A stretch of DNA of 53,389 bases from Nitrospiraceae bacterium (GCA_036000525.1 DASYVB010000125.1:1-53389), one strand, 5' to 3'. Positions 17,182 through 25,772 are shown, counted from the stretch's first letter. The notes: a model not told the origin generated them from the letters alone. Numbers and translations: made by a program.

Positions 17182-17604
17182 ATGGACATGGAACGACGGG
17201 CTGCTTCCCATACCGAAGAAGAAGAGATGAACCATCGCCGCCGGTTGCTGAATGCCGCGAAGAAAGGCGATCAGAAGGCCATTGGTAAGCTCTTAGAGCT
17301 TTATCAAGTGCGGATCTACAGTGGCGATATGGTGACGAAAATGAATAAAACATCCGCGACACACAAACTCCAGGCTCAGCTCGCGGAAGGGAAACCAGTG
17401 AAGGGTGGGTCGGGGAGTCACGGCAAGAAGACTGCGCCTGCAAAGCCTGCTCCAATGAAACGCAGACATGCGAAGTCGGCTCCAGCGAAACGCGCGCCGG
17501 CGAAAGCCAAGTCGCGTCCTGCCATCTCGAAGTCAAGAGCTAAGTCAAAGGGAAAATCAAAATCTCGACCAGCCAAAGCAGCTAGAAAGAAACATAAGAA
17601 GTAG
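17182..17604 (+). CDS. basic Lys/Ala/Pro-rich histone H1-like protein with a sigma-region-2-like N-terminal helix
   Basis: The C-terminal tail is KPAPMKRRHAKSAPAKRAPAKAKSRPAISKSRAKSKGKSKSRPAKAARKKHKK. The N-terminal LLNAAKKGDQKAIGKLLELYQVRIY resembles the start of ECF sigma factors. The ATG at 17182 sits behind a GAAAGG RBS. Confidence 0.55.
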   Translation: MDMERRAASHTEEEEMNHRRRLLNAAKKGDQKAIGKLLELYQVRIYSGDMVTKMNKTSATHKLQAQLAEGKPVKGGSGSHGKKTAPAKPAPMKRRHAKSAPAKRAPAKAKSRPAISKSRAKSKGKSKSRPAKAARKKHKK

Positions 17605-17701
17605 CCAGGCTGCGATTATTCTCCTTCGCCGAATACCCCGTAGCTTCCGGCCTTCATAGCCGAAGTGGCTACTTCGGCGGAGTAGGCTGCTGCGGGAAGC
17701 T

Positions 17702-17998
17702 TCATTGCACGGCTACTCGTAGTCCCCCTCCCGCCAGTTTTGCGGCGATCTCTTCCGCTTGTTCCAGCGCACCCACGAACACGACGGCTTCCCCATCATG
17801 GTCGATCTTCCATGCCAGCTCAAAGGCCTTCGTGGAGTTCATGCCCGGAATGTATTGGCAGAAGAGCGCAATGACTTGCTCGTAGGTATGACACTCGCAA
17901 TTGAACACGATCACACGCGCGTCGAGCCTGGCACCTACGTCGACGCTGGTGGTCTCTGTCGTGACGGGGGGTGCGAAGGGGGTTTCCGTGCCAGCCAT
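17702..17998 (-). CDS. clpS: ClpS-like ATP-dependent Clp protease adaptor
   Basis: VIVFNCECHTYEQVIALFCQYIPGMNSTKAFELAWKIDHDGEAVVFVGALEQAEEIAAKL fits the ClpS core pattern. No clpA is adjacent. Confidence 0.55.
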   Translation of the reverse strand: MAGTETPFAPPVTTETTSVDVGARLDARVIVFNCECHTYEQVIALFCQYIPGMNSTKAFELAWKIDHDGEAVVFVGALEQAEEIAAKLAGGGLRVAVQ

Positions 17999-18107
17999 GA
18001 GGACGAATTCTAGCAGACTTGGTTGTAACTTTTAACAGGCTCCGGGAAAGACTATGTGAGCACACAAACCGTTACTGATCTGCACATCTGGAGCAACAGG
18101 AGAATAC

Positions 18108-18236
18108 TACGAAGGATGCTCACAAAGGCCGTTCAGCAAGGCCGCAGTGAGCGAAGAGGTGAGGCGTACGCTTCGGCATGTTGAGCCTGTGAGTGATACG
18201 AGAACGAAGCTGGCGGACTTTTTCAGCATCCTGCTA
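18108..18236. repeat. 129-bp MITE-like hairpin element (family A)
   Basis: GGATGCTCACAAAGGCCGTTCAGCAAGGCCGCAG...GCTGGCGGACTTTTTCAGCATCCTGCTA. The termini are inverted repeats. It is roughly 85 percent similar to 20411-20538 and 36373-36498. Confidence 0.85.
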
Positions 18237-18920
18237 ATAGCCTGCCTGGATGAGCAGGTGGTTGGTTCGCAGCCAATTCTCTCGGACACAGGACCGCGCA
18301 TAGAGTGTGAAATGAGCGGGGGAGTCTGTGACTGGTTGGAGCTCGTGTGCCAACGCCAGGGTCTGCGTATAGACGAGTGAGGCGGATGTTTTCACGAGGG
18401 CGAGCCCATATTCAAAGTGGTACCCCTCTTCAAGGGTGACGCTGCTCTTCGATAGTGCTCTCACCAGACCGAGATCATAGGCTTGCTGTCTGAACGAGTC
18501 GTCCATGAGGCGCAGGAGTGCGGCAGGACCTGGCACGAGACTGTCGCCGATACGAAGGCTGTGGGACGGTTCGAATAGTCCACGTTGGAGACGCCGGTCC
18601 CGGCGAAGCGCGGTGTGAAAGCGTGCGCGCCAAAGAGGATCGTGAAGGTCGCGATCGATGGCGATTGCCACAGCAGGGGGAAGCGGTCCACTTACGTCAT
18701 AGCCTTGCACGAGGCGTCCGGACTTGATGAGGTCCGGGAAGCTCATGCCCATCCGGTCTTGGAACGCCGTCATCCCGGACATGGGGGTCAATTGCAACGC
18801 CATGAAGTCGCGAAAATGGACGGTGGCGAAGCGTGTCAGGAGCCGTTCCAGAGTATCTGGGTGGCATAGATGAAAGGGGTAGAACAGCGCGTGGGGGGCT
18901 CGGGGTCGATTCATCGACAA
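18234..18920 (-). CDS. conserved hypothetical protein
   Basis: This 228-aa ORF has protein-like composition. Its TAG stop is the terminal trinucleotide of the family A element. I recognised no motif. Confidence 0.5.
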   Translation of the reverse strand: MSMNRPRAPHALFYPFHLCHPDTLERLLTRFATVHFRDFMALQLTPMSGMTAFQDRMGMSFPDLIKSGRLVQGYDVSGPLPPAVAIAIDRDLHDPLWRARFHTALRRDRRLQRGLFEPSHSLRIGDSLVPGPAALLRLMDDSFRQQAYDLGLVRALSKSSVTLEEGYHFEYGLALVKTSASLVYTQTLALAHELQPVTDSPAHFTLYARSCVRENWLRTNHLLIQAGY

Positions 18921-18942
18921 AGTTTCACGGTCATGCTAGGGT

Positions 18943-20022
18943 TTGCGCGTGCGATTTCTCTTCACGTCTTGGCTTGATTTCCTGCTCATCTTTGTCCCGG
19001 TGACTATCGCGCTCGAAGTCCTTCGAGCCAATCCACTGTTAGTCTTTGTGTCGGCTGGACTTGCCATTATCCCGCTGGCAGGCCTGTTGGGACGAGCCAC
19101 CGAGCATTTGACGACCCATGTCGGTGCCGGCATCGGTGCGCTGCTCAATGCCTCGCTCGGCAATGCCGCGGAATTGATTATCGCACTTGTGGCTCTGCGC
19201 GAGGGCCTTCACGATGTCGTCAAAGCCTCTCTCACCGGCTCGATCTTGGGCAATATCTTACTCGTACTCGGGGTCTCCATGTTTGCCGGCGGGTTGAAGT
19301 TCGAGCGGCAGAAGTTTAATCAGACCGCTGCCGGAATGGGCGCCAGTCTCCTGCTTCTGGCTGCCGCGGGGCTCATCATTCCCGCTCTATTCCATTTTAC
19401 CGCCGCCGATCGTGGCGTCGTGATTGAACGAGAGTTGAGCCTCATCATATCATTTGTCTTATTCGCTATTTACGCTGCAAGCCTGTTGTTTAACTTGAAG
19501 ACTCATCGCCATCTGTTTTCCGGAGAGGACCATAATGCTTCGGACTTAGGCGAACAACCCTGGACCCGTGGCGCTTCGATCACGGTACTCACCGTGGTGA
19601 CCTGTCTCGTGGCCCTGATGAGCGAGATGTTAGTCGGGGCGTTGGACCCAGCTGCGCAGCAACTTGGGCTCACGCAAGTCTTTGTCGGCGTCATTCTTGT
19701 TGCCCTTGTGGGGAATGCGGCCGAACATTCCACGGCCGTCATGGTGGCGATGAAAAACAAGATGGACTTAGCCTATGGTATCGCGGTTGGGTCTAGCCTG
19801 CAGATTGCGTTGCTTGTTGCGCCATTGCTCGTCTTTGCCAGTTATCTCTTCGGGACGCCGTTGGATTTGATCTTCACACCGTTCGAGGTGGCAGCGGTGA
19901 CGATCTCGGTCCTGATTGTGGGCTTCGTGGCGATGGACGGAGAATCGAACTGGATGGAAGGTGTGATGTTGGTCGGCGTATACCTGATGCTGGCGATCGC
20001 CTTTTTCTTTCTGCCCGCCTAA
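18943..20022 (+). CDS. cax: Ca2+/H+ antiporter (CaCA/ChaA family)
   Basis: Two alpha-repeat signatures, [13 protein letters not shown] and [13 protein letters not shown], are present, with about 10-11 TM segments. Confidence 0.85.
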   Translation: MRVRFLFTSWLDFLLIFVPVTIALEVLRANPLLVFVSAGLAIIPLAGLLGRATEHLTTHVGAGIGALLNASLGNAAELIIALVALREGLHDVVKASLTGSILGNILLVLGVSMFAGGLKFERQKFNQTAAGMGASLLLLAAAGLIIPALFHFTAADRGVVIERELSLIISFVLFAIYAASLLFNLKTHRHLFSGEDHNASDLGEQPWTRGASITVLTVVTCLVALMSEMLVGALDPAAQQLGLTQVFVGVILVALVGNAAEHSTAVMVAMKNKMDLAYGIAVGSSLQIALLVAPLLVFASYLFGTPLDLIFTPFEVAAVTISVLIVGFVAMDGESNWMEGVMLVGVYLMLAIAFFFLPA

Positions 20023-20102
20023 CCCAAAATCAATAGTGAATGTTCAGCAGGGCTCTCATTCAAAATTCAACATTGAGCATTCAACATTTCGTTTCGGTGT
20101 TG

Positions 20103-20315
20103 TCAGACTTTATCCATGTCGATGACTTCCGTGGCCTCCCACAGATTCTTCTGCTCAGCATCTGCCAGCGCTTTCACCCGATCATCATCCGTCTCTTCAC
20201 CGAACTGATCCGATTGTGTCGGCACAGTCGGTTTATTCTCGGACGGAGGCGAATCTCTCTCCTGTGGCGATTGCTGTCTTTTTCGCTTCTTGGCAGGGTC
20301 CATATTAACGGGCAT
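20103..20315 (-). CDS. small acidic/disordered hypothetical protein
   Basis: The ATG at 20315 has a GGAG RBS 5 nt upstream. The longer track ORF to 20441 runs into the repeat element. The sequence is low-complexity, so the call is tentative. Confidence 0.3.
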   Translation of the reverse strand: MPVNMDPAKKRKRQQSPQERDSPPSENKPTVPTQSDQFGEETDDDRVKALADAEQKNLWEATEVIDMDKV

Positions 20316-20410
20316 GGCAGCTCCAACATGATCAAGATTCAGTGTCACCCCGCCCAAGTCAAAAGTCAATGGAGTAAGGTGGTCGTCAGCGAGGGTAAGC
20401 GTGTCTTTTC

Positions 20411-20538
20411 TAGCAGGCTGTTCAAAAAGGCTGTCCAGCAAGGCCGCAGAGAGCGCTGAGGCGAGGCTTACGCTTCGGTACGTTGAGCTTCTGAGCGATG
20501 CGAGAACGAAACTGGCGGACTATTTCAACAGCCTGCTA
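20411..20538. repeat. 128-bp MITE-like hairpin element (family A)
   Basis: TAGCAGGCTGTTCAAAAAGGCTGTCCAGCAAGGCCGCAG...CTGGCGGACTATTTCAACAGCCTGCTA. The right terminus supplies the TAG stop of hemW. Confidence 0.85.
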
Positions 20539-21672
20539 GTACAACTGGCCGGCGATGGTGTCGGCCTGCAGACGGCCTTGTGCCGATAGTCTGCTGTGAT
20601 CACCGTCTTCTTCGATCAACTGTTGCGCGAGTAACTGTGCAGTGACTAATGTATGTCCATAGTTTGCGGCATGCTGGTGAAGACAGCGTGTTGGAATCCC
20701 TTGAATGAGTCGTAAGCCAAAAATCACGGCGTCGCGGAGTTGCTCCTCCTCAGAGAGCCTGGTGCAATCTTCAATAGGGAGGCGGTTTGCCGCGAGCGAT
20801 GTGTCGTAGGCCGCGAGGTCGGCGACGTTGCCAAATCTTGTCCCGTCCAGATAGGACTGTGCGCTCGGGCCCAATCCAAGATATTCGCCATTGGTCCAAT
20901 AGAGCAGATTGTGTCGGCAGGCATATCCCGGTTTGGCATAGTTCGACACTTCATATCGCTCATAGCCGGAGTCGTCGAGCATCCGTTGCGCGGCCTCGTC
21001 CATTTCAATCTGCAGGCCTTCGTCTGGAGCTGGACTCCGTCGGCGCTGGATGTTGGAAGCGAGCCTCGTATCCTCTTCGACCGTGAGGGCATAGCAAGAC
21101 AGATGTGGCGGCTCCAGCGTAAGGCAGTGGACGAGCGTCCGCTGCCAGTCCTCCAGGCTTTGGCCGGGAAGCCCATACATCAAATCGAGATTGATGTTTG
21201 TGAATCCGGCAGCTCTGGCCTGAGTCACCGCACCGACGGTCTCATGGACTGTCCCGGGCCGTCCGATCCGAGCAAGGTCGCCATCCTCCATCGATTCCGC
21301 GCCGAAACTCATGCGGGTGACGCCGGCTTGAAGCAGTTGTATGAGATTCTGCTCGGAGATCGTGGAGGGATGCGCTTCAACGGTGATTTCACAGTCTGCG
21401 GCGAGGGCGAGATGCGTACGAATCTCGGAGAGGATCGCGATGAGCTGGGTCGCGGCGAGCACTGTTGGTGTGCCACCCCCAAAATAGACGGACTGGATGG
21501 GACGGCCTGCGGCTACGTGTTGCTTCGCCGACAGTCCGATCTCATGAATGAGGGATTGGACAAAGGCTTGTGCACGGCCCTCGCGATGGATCTCAAGATA
21601 GAAGGCGCAGAAGTCGCATCGCTGCAGACAGAAGGGGATGTGGAGGTACAGACCGAGGGGAGGAGGCGTCAT
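20536..21672 (-). CDS. hemW: radical SAM heme chaperone HemW / coproporphyrinogen III oxidase-like protein
   Basis: It has the radical SAM motif LYLHIPFCLQRCDFCAFY, the motif GGGTPT, and a HemN C-terminal-like domain. Confidence 0.85.
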   Translation of the reverse strand: MTPPPLGLYLHIPFCLQRCDFCAFYLEIHREGRAQAFVQSLIHEIGLSAKQHVAAGRPIQSVYFGGGTPTVLAATQLIAILSEIRTHLALAADCEITVEAHPSTISEQNLIQLLQAGVTRMSFGAESMEDGDLARIGRPGTVHETVGAVTQARAAGFTNINLDLMYGLPGQSLEDWQRTLVHCLTLEPPHLSCYALTVEEDTRLASNIQRRRSPAPDEGLQIEMDEAAQRMLDDSGYERYEVSNYAKPGYACRHNLLYWTNGEYLGLGPSAQSYLDGTRFGNVADLAAYDTSLAANRLPIEDCTRLSEEEQLRDAVIFGLRLIQGIPTRCLHQHAANYGHTLVTAQLLAQQLIEEDGDHSRLSAQGRLQADTIAGQLY

Positions 21673-21941
21673 GACAACAGGCTGAATCCTTGAGGTTTGG
21701 AAAAGTCCCGCGCAAGGACGATTTCTATTTCATCGGCAGGGGATTTCCCTCGATTGCGCACGTGCGTCTTCCAGGGCTGGTGCTGGCGTAACGATTCGAA
21801 GAGCGCCTTGAGCAGATCCGGTTTGATTCGTGCTTCCCACTCTCGCACCCAGGCCTGGTGCTCCTCATCTCCCTCATAATCGTCTGGAAACGAGGCCTCC
21901 AGGCTGAATCGAAGGGTAAAGGTTTTTTCTTCTTGGTACAT
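21669..21941 (-). CDS. hypothetical protein co-transcribed with hemW
   Basis: The ATG at 21941 lies behind an AGGAG RBS. The stop overlaps the hemW start (ATGA). The protein is 90 aa. Confidence 0.45.
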   Translation of the reverse strand: MYQEEKTFTLRFSLEASFPDDYEGDEEHQAWVREWEARIKPDLLKALFESLRQHQPWKTHVRNRGKSPADEIEIVLARDFSKPQGFSLLS

Positions 21942-22011
21942 ACAGCTCCTGGCAGATTGCGAAGTGACCGGCCTGATCTTATAATACCCTGTAGAATAAG
22001 GAGTACAATCC

Positions 22012-22242
22012 ATGCCTATCTTCGAATATGTCTGCGGGGAATGCAATCATCGATTCGAGCTATTGGTGTACGGCTCAACAACACAAGCCGCCTGTCCAAA
22101 GTGCCGGGCCACGAAGCTGGAGAAACAATTCTCTGCGTTCGGCGTTGGCAGCACGGATGCCTGGGTGCTGCCAGGTCAAGGTGGAGGTGCCTGCGGAAGT
22201 TGCGGTGATCCACGCGGCCCCGGCTCCTGTTCCCTCAACTGA
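22012..22242 (+). CDS. FmdB family zinc-ribbon protein
   Basis: MPIFEYVCGECNHRFE...CPKC is the characteristic N-terminus with two CxxC pairs. Confidence 0.8.
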   Translation: MPIFEYVCGECNHRFELLVYGSTTQAACPKCRATKLEKQFSAFGVGSTDAWVLPGQGGGACGSCGDPRGPGSCSLN

Positions 22243-22244
22243 CC

Positions 22245-22565
22245 GTGGAGTCCGGCGACCAGGCTCTGCGGCATGCGATTGCCACCATCTCTCAGTCAGA
22301 TCCGCTTACCAAGCTGCTTGAACAAGTAAAGCTTGGCCGGATGAAACCCACCGATGCCGGACTGCGTGCCGTGATCGACTCATGGATGGGTACCTATCAA
22401 AAAGTTATTGAGTCTGGTGGATTCACCAGACAGGCCTTGCGCCGCATCGATCCACATCCTCGTCTGGCAATCCTGATCGAGTATGGAGTCTTGACAGGTG
22501 AGCAGCAGGCGGTCGCCGCCCTCCGCGCTAGTTTTGAGCAAGCCGTCGCCGCCGCAAAGGAGTGA
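22245..22565 (+). CDS. hypothetical protein
   Basis: This 106-aa GTG-start ORF begins 2 nt after the fmdB-like stop. It is helical with no recognised motif. Confidence 0.4.
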   Translation: MESGDQALRHAIATISQSDPLTKLLEQVKLGRMKPTDAGLRAVIDSWMGTYQKVIESGGFTRQALRRIDPHPRLAILIEYGVLTGEQQAVAALRASFEQAVAAAKE

Positions 22566-22574
22566 TCTCATCCC

Positions 22575-23237
22575 ATGTGGGCTCTCTGGGTCATCGCCGT
22601 TCTATTCCTGACCGTAGGATCGGTTGGAGGAGGATGGGCTGAAGACGCCATTGGTACGCGACCTCTCCTGACGATTGCGCGCAAAGATCTTCATACCATC
22701 TTGCCGTCGGACTGCCATACTCTGATCGATCCTCACTCAATTGAACAGTTTCTTGATGTACTGGATGGAAACCCACCGGACTGGGGCCTGGTCTACGGCC
22801 ATGGCCATCACGACCCTGCACTTGATGAGCGATTGTTCACGCTGAACCGGGACCGCGATGCGAAGCGTCAAGGGAAAGAGGCGCTCCAGTGGACGGTGGT
22901 CTTTTTGTGGTCAGCGGATCTCTCGCGCTACGATCCGACGACTGGTGGATTTAGTTTGGCCATTGGGCCGATCTTTACGCCGACCAGATGGGGCGTTGTC
23001 CGATTCAAACCTGAAGAAGTCCCGAGTAATCTCATTGTGATTCCTAATCCCAGCATCCGTGACGTCCTCCGCCGACAGCTCGATGCAGGACGGAAAATCG
23101 GCATTGAGATTGCTATGGTGGGGCGGCTCATCCCCGATGAGTCTCTTGTCTATGACTTTTCCCATGATGAAAAAGGCCTGGGCATCATCATGCCAGTGGT
23201 TAGGATTGAACGGGTTGAGTATCTGATGGTCCGGTGA
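22575..23237 (+). CDS. secreted hypothetical protein
   Basis: A signal peptide, MWALWVIAVLFLTVGSVGGGWA, is present. The protein is 220 aa with no recognised motif. Confidence 0.5.
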   Translation: MWALWVIAVLFLTVGSVGGGWAEDAIGTRPLLTIARKDLHTILPSDCHTLIDPHSIEQFLDVLDGNPPDWGLVYGHGHHDPALDERLFTLNRDRDAKRQGKEALQWTVVFLWSADLSRYDPTTGGFSLAIGPIFTPTRWGVVRFKPEEVPSNLIVIPNPSIRDVLRRQLDAGRKIGIEIAMVGRLIPDESLVYDFSHDEKGLGIIMPVVRIERVEYLMVR

Positions 23238-23242
23238 TGCTC

Positions 23243-23457
23243 TACAGGATAGCAGAGCGGGACAGGCGGGACGAGCGAGACAGGAGAGGGGTTGAGGTCC
23301 GAAGTTCGAGGTTTTGGGAACTTCGAACCCTGAACTTGGGATCACGCTTTTCTCGCATGTCTTACGCGTCACGGTTTGATTGGCTCACCGACCCGAACCA
23401 TGTTGAGGGGTTCAGCACGGTCTGTAGTCCCTGATGGACTTTTTCAGCATCCTGTCA
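23243..23457. repeat. degenerate family A-related element
   Basis: The left end is TACAGGATAGCAGAG and the right end is GGACTTTTTCAGCATCCTGTCA. The interior contains short hairpins (GAAGTTCGAGG..GAACTTCGAACC). The right terminus supplies the TGA stop of the gene at 23455. Confidence 0.5.
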
Positions 23458-24411
23458 GAACGCATCTTTCGCGCACCGGAAGCCGGTGCCGCTAGGGCGG
23501 CTGTCCATCGTGCCCCAGTCGCGGTCGCTCGTGCGAAGACTGATAGCTGGTTTTAACCACGACCCGCCGCGCATCGCTTTGACCGCCCCGTGAGGAGGAC
23601 CCTGAGGGTCTGAGAGAGGGGCCTCGCTATAGTAGTTCGGGTTATACCAATCCTGCACCCATTCAGCGGCATTGCCTGCCATGTCATACAGTCCATAAAG
23701 ACTCACGCCTTCCGGAAAGCTTGCGACCGGCATGGTGAGCACTTCTCCCCTAATACCCTTCTCTCTTGAAATCTTTGCTCCCTCGCCTTTGATCCAGAAG
23801 GCATCCCAGTCCGTTCCGCTCTGAAAGGCGATGGTTCGTCCCGCCCAATAGCTGGCGCTGTTGGCCTTCATGAAGTCCCACTCATTTCCCCAGGGGTACT
23901 GACGGCCATCGGTGCCGCGCGCACCCTTTTCCCATTCCGCCTCGGTCGGCAGACGCTTGCCCATCCAGGTGCAGTAGGCCACGGCATCTTCCCAACTGAC
24001 ATTCACCACAGGATGGGAGCCGATACCGGGGATCGGTGCATTCTTCTCCCACAATGTGGAAGCAGGGTTCAAATGTGCCGGCGCGCGATGGCCGGTCGCC
24101 TGGACAAATCTTGCAAAGGTATCATTTGTGACTTCGTAGCGGTCGATCCAGAATGTTGCGGTGTAGACGAGGCGTTGTGGCTGTTCGTCGGGAAGACCAT
24201 CGCTACCGACCGGATTCCCCATCAGAAATTCCCCGGCAGGAACCAGCGCCATGGCGTCGGAAGGAAGAGAGCTAATGGCCAATGGCGGATGGCTGATGGT
24301 CAGAATAAGAAACAAGAATGAGAGATAGATCACCAAGGTGCAATCTAGGTCTTTTTCAATCCACAGACTTTGGCGACCGCATCGCGATACGCTTGCCAGA
24401 GCATCAGGCAT
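23455..24411 (-). CDS. formylglycine-generating enzyme (SUMF1/EgtB/PvdO) family protein, exported
   Basis: FGE-sulfatase domain motifs are present: RYEVTNDTFARFV, WEDAVAYCTWMGKRLPTEAEWEKGARG and RGGSW. The start is uncertain, because the track start overlaps the upstream gene by 67 nt; an internal TTG or GTG just before VIYLSFLFLIL is possible. Confidence 0.75.
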   Translation of the reverse strand: MPDALASVSRCGRQSLWIEKDLDCTLVIYLSFLFLILTISHPPLAISSLPSDAMALVPAGEFLMGNPVGSDGLPDEQPQRLVYTATFWIDRYEVTNDTFARFVQATGHRAPAHLNPASTLWEKNAPIPGIGSHPVVNVSWEDAVAYCTWMGKRLPTEAEWEKGARGTDGRQYPWGNEWDFMKANSASYWAGRTIAFQSGTDWDAFWIKGEGAKISREKGIRGEVLTMPVASFPEGVSLYGLYDMAGNAAEWVQDWYNPNYYSEAPLSDPQGPPHGAVKAMRGGSWLKPAISLRTSDRDWGTMDSRPSGTGFRCAKDAF

Positions 24412-25094
24412 TTCTTGAGGCAGCTCAGTACGGCCTGTTGTTGGGTGTGTGTCGTGGCGTAGTTCACCACCATGGAGTAGGCATCATGGCGGTGGCCTGC
24501 TTCGACCATTTGGTGCGCGCGAATCAGATCCATGGAATCGAGAGGCAGGCCGTGGTGTTTCACCAATGGGTGGCGTTGGACGATCGCTTCGATCTCTTCG
24601 GCGGTCTTGGGCTTGGAGGGGTCGGCGATTTCGGCGCGATCCTTCACGCTGCCTTCTACGAAGACAGTCAGGGCCGCTGCTCCGATGACCCAGTCTCGGT
24701 TATTCGAGACACGCTCCAGCCAGGCGCGGTAGCGTCGACTGGCCGGTAAGAGGCGCACCCTGTCAAAGTCACGCGCCGGCAATCCAAGGCCTGCCATCAT
24801 GGTCAAGAACAATTCCGGGTGCGACTTTCCCAACGAGAGCCCACCGGTGTCTTCTTCGTAAATATTATCGGCGAGCATCCGGCGGACCGAGGCCGGGGGA
24901 TTCTGTCCGTGAATGCGTGCCAGGAACACAGGGAAGTCACGCACGTACACCCCGTATTCTTGTTGAAAGTGGAGTGTGAGTTGATCGACGGTGACCGTTC
25001 CATCGGCGAATGCAGGCCAGGCCCAATGATGCTTGCGGTCCATAATACGCAAGAGTTCTTCTTGGAATCGGCTTTTCGTCATGGGGCGTGCCAT
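24345..25094 (-). CDS. PqqC/TenA/CADD-like heme-oxygenase-fold protein (putative iron-containing redox enzyme)
   Basis: HHWAWPAFADG.VTVDQL..HFQQEYGVYVRDFPVFLARI, DNIYEEDTG...HPELF and AHQMVEAGHRHD resemble PqqC/CADD helical-bundle proteins. Confidence 0.55.
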   Translation of the reverse strand: MARPMTKSRFQEELLRIMDRKHHWAWPAFADGTVTVDQLTLHFQQEYGVYVRDFPVFLARIHGQNPPASVRRMLADNIYEEDTGGLSLGKSHPELFLTMMAGLGLPARDFDRVRLLPASRRYRAWLERVSNNRDWVIGAAALTVFVEGSVKDRAEIADPSKPKTAEEIEAIVQRHPLVKHHGLPLDSMDLIRAHQMVEAGHRHDAYSMVVNYATTHTQQQAVLSCLKKCLMLWQAYRDAVAKVCGLKKT

Positions 25095-25151
25095 ATCTGT
25101 TGCCTTCCTGATGAGCGGCTCGTTACAATTGGACTGCGCGGAGATGGTTCA

Positions 25152-25436
25152 ATGAATCATGTGACGGTTCAAAATCCAGAAGACATTCTGTCGATGCTGG
25201 CCGAGGTGTCCCTGCGAGGGTCGGGTTTTGTGACGGAATGTCTCCTCGACTATGTGTTGGAAGAAGGTTTCACGGAGCCGATCTTTCTCAATGCCAGCGG
25301 GGAAGACCCTGATGCCTATTTTAAAGGCCAATCTTCTGCCTGGGCGGTGTATCAGATCCGAGAATGGAAACGTGTGTTGACCATTTCTGGCGGTCCCGGC
25401 AAAGAGCGCCGCGTGCAAATAACAGAAACTCCCTAG
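25152..25436 (+). CDS. hypothetical protein
   Basis: The ATG at 25152 lies behind a GGAGA RBS, giving a 94-aa protein. The upstream part of the track ORF is antisense to the preceding gene. Confidence 0.35.
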   Translation: MNHVTVQNPEDILSMLAEVSLRGSGFVTECLLDYVLEEGFTEPIFLNASGEDPDAYFKGQSSAWAVYQIREWKRVLTISGGPGKERRVQITETP

Positions 25437-25528
25437 CCTATGGATGAGTGTAAGTGGGATGCAGAGGAAAAGCAACGAAACGATGGGGTTCAACTGCCAG
25501 TGGCCGGTTTGAATGTGGAGTGCGCCGC

Positions 25529-25765
25529 ATGCCGATGATCCGTCTCACTGAGCCGCAGAGTATGGGCGAGTTGGCGATGATCACAAGTCTGCTGGAGGGC
25601 AGCGGCATTGCCTACATGGTTCAGAACGAACATGTGAGTAGCTTGTATCCCGGACTCCCGATACTCAACTCGCGTGTCATGGTTGACGAGTGCGATCAAG
25701 TCCATGCGGAAGTGCTGCTGAGCCGACTGCGGTTGGCGGTGCGTGATGTCTCGTCGCAGCCGTAA
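25529..25765 (+). CDS. DUF2007-like putative signal-transducing protein
   Basis: This 78-aa protein (MPMIRLTEPQSMGELAMITSLLEGSGIAYMVQNEH...) matches the DUF2007 pattern. Confidence 0.5.
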   Translation: MPMIRLTEPQSMGELAMITSLLEGSGIAYMVQNEHVSSLYPGLPILNSRVMVDECDQVHAEVLLSRLRLAVRDVSSQP

Positions 25766-25772
25766 ACGCATG

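Noticed and set aside
20740-21693. 317-aa ORF on the plus strand
   Set aside because: It is antisense to hemW, which carries clear radical SAM motifs. It has no motifs of its own and a shadow-ORF composition.
24819-25151. Upstream two-thirds of track ORF 24819-25436 (+)
   Set aside because: It is antisense to the PqqC-like gene. Only the portion after the ATG at 25152, which has an RBS, is retained as a tentative gene.
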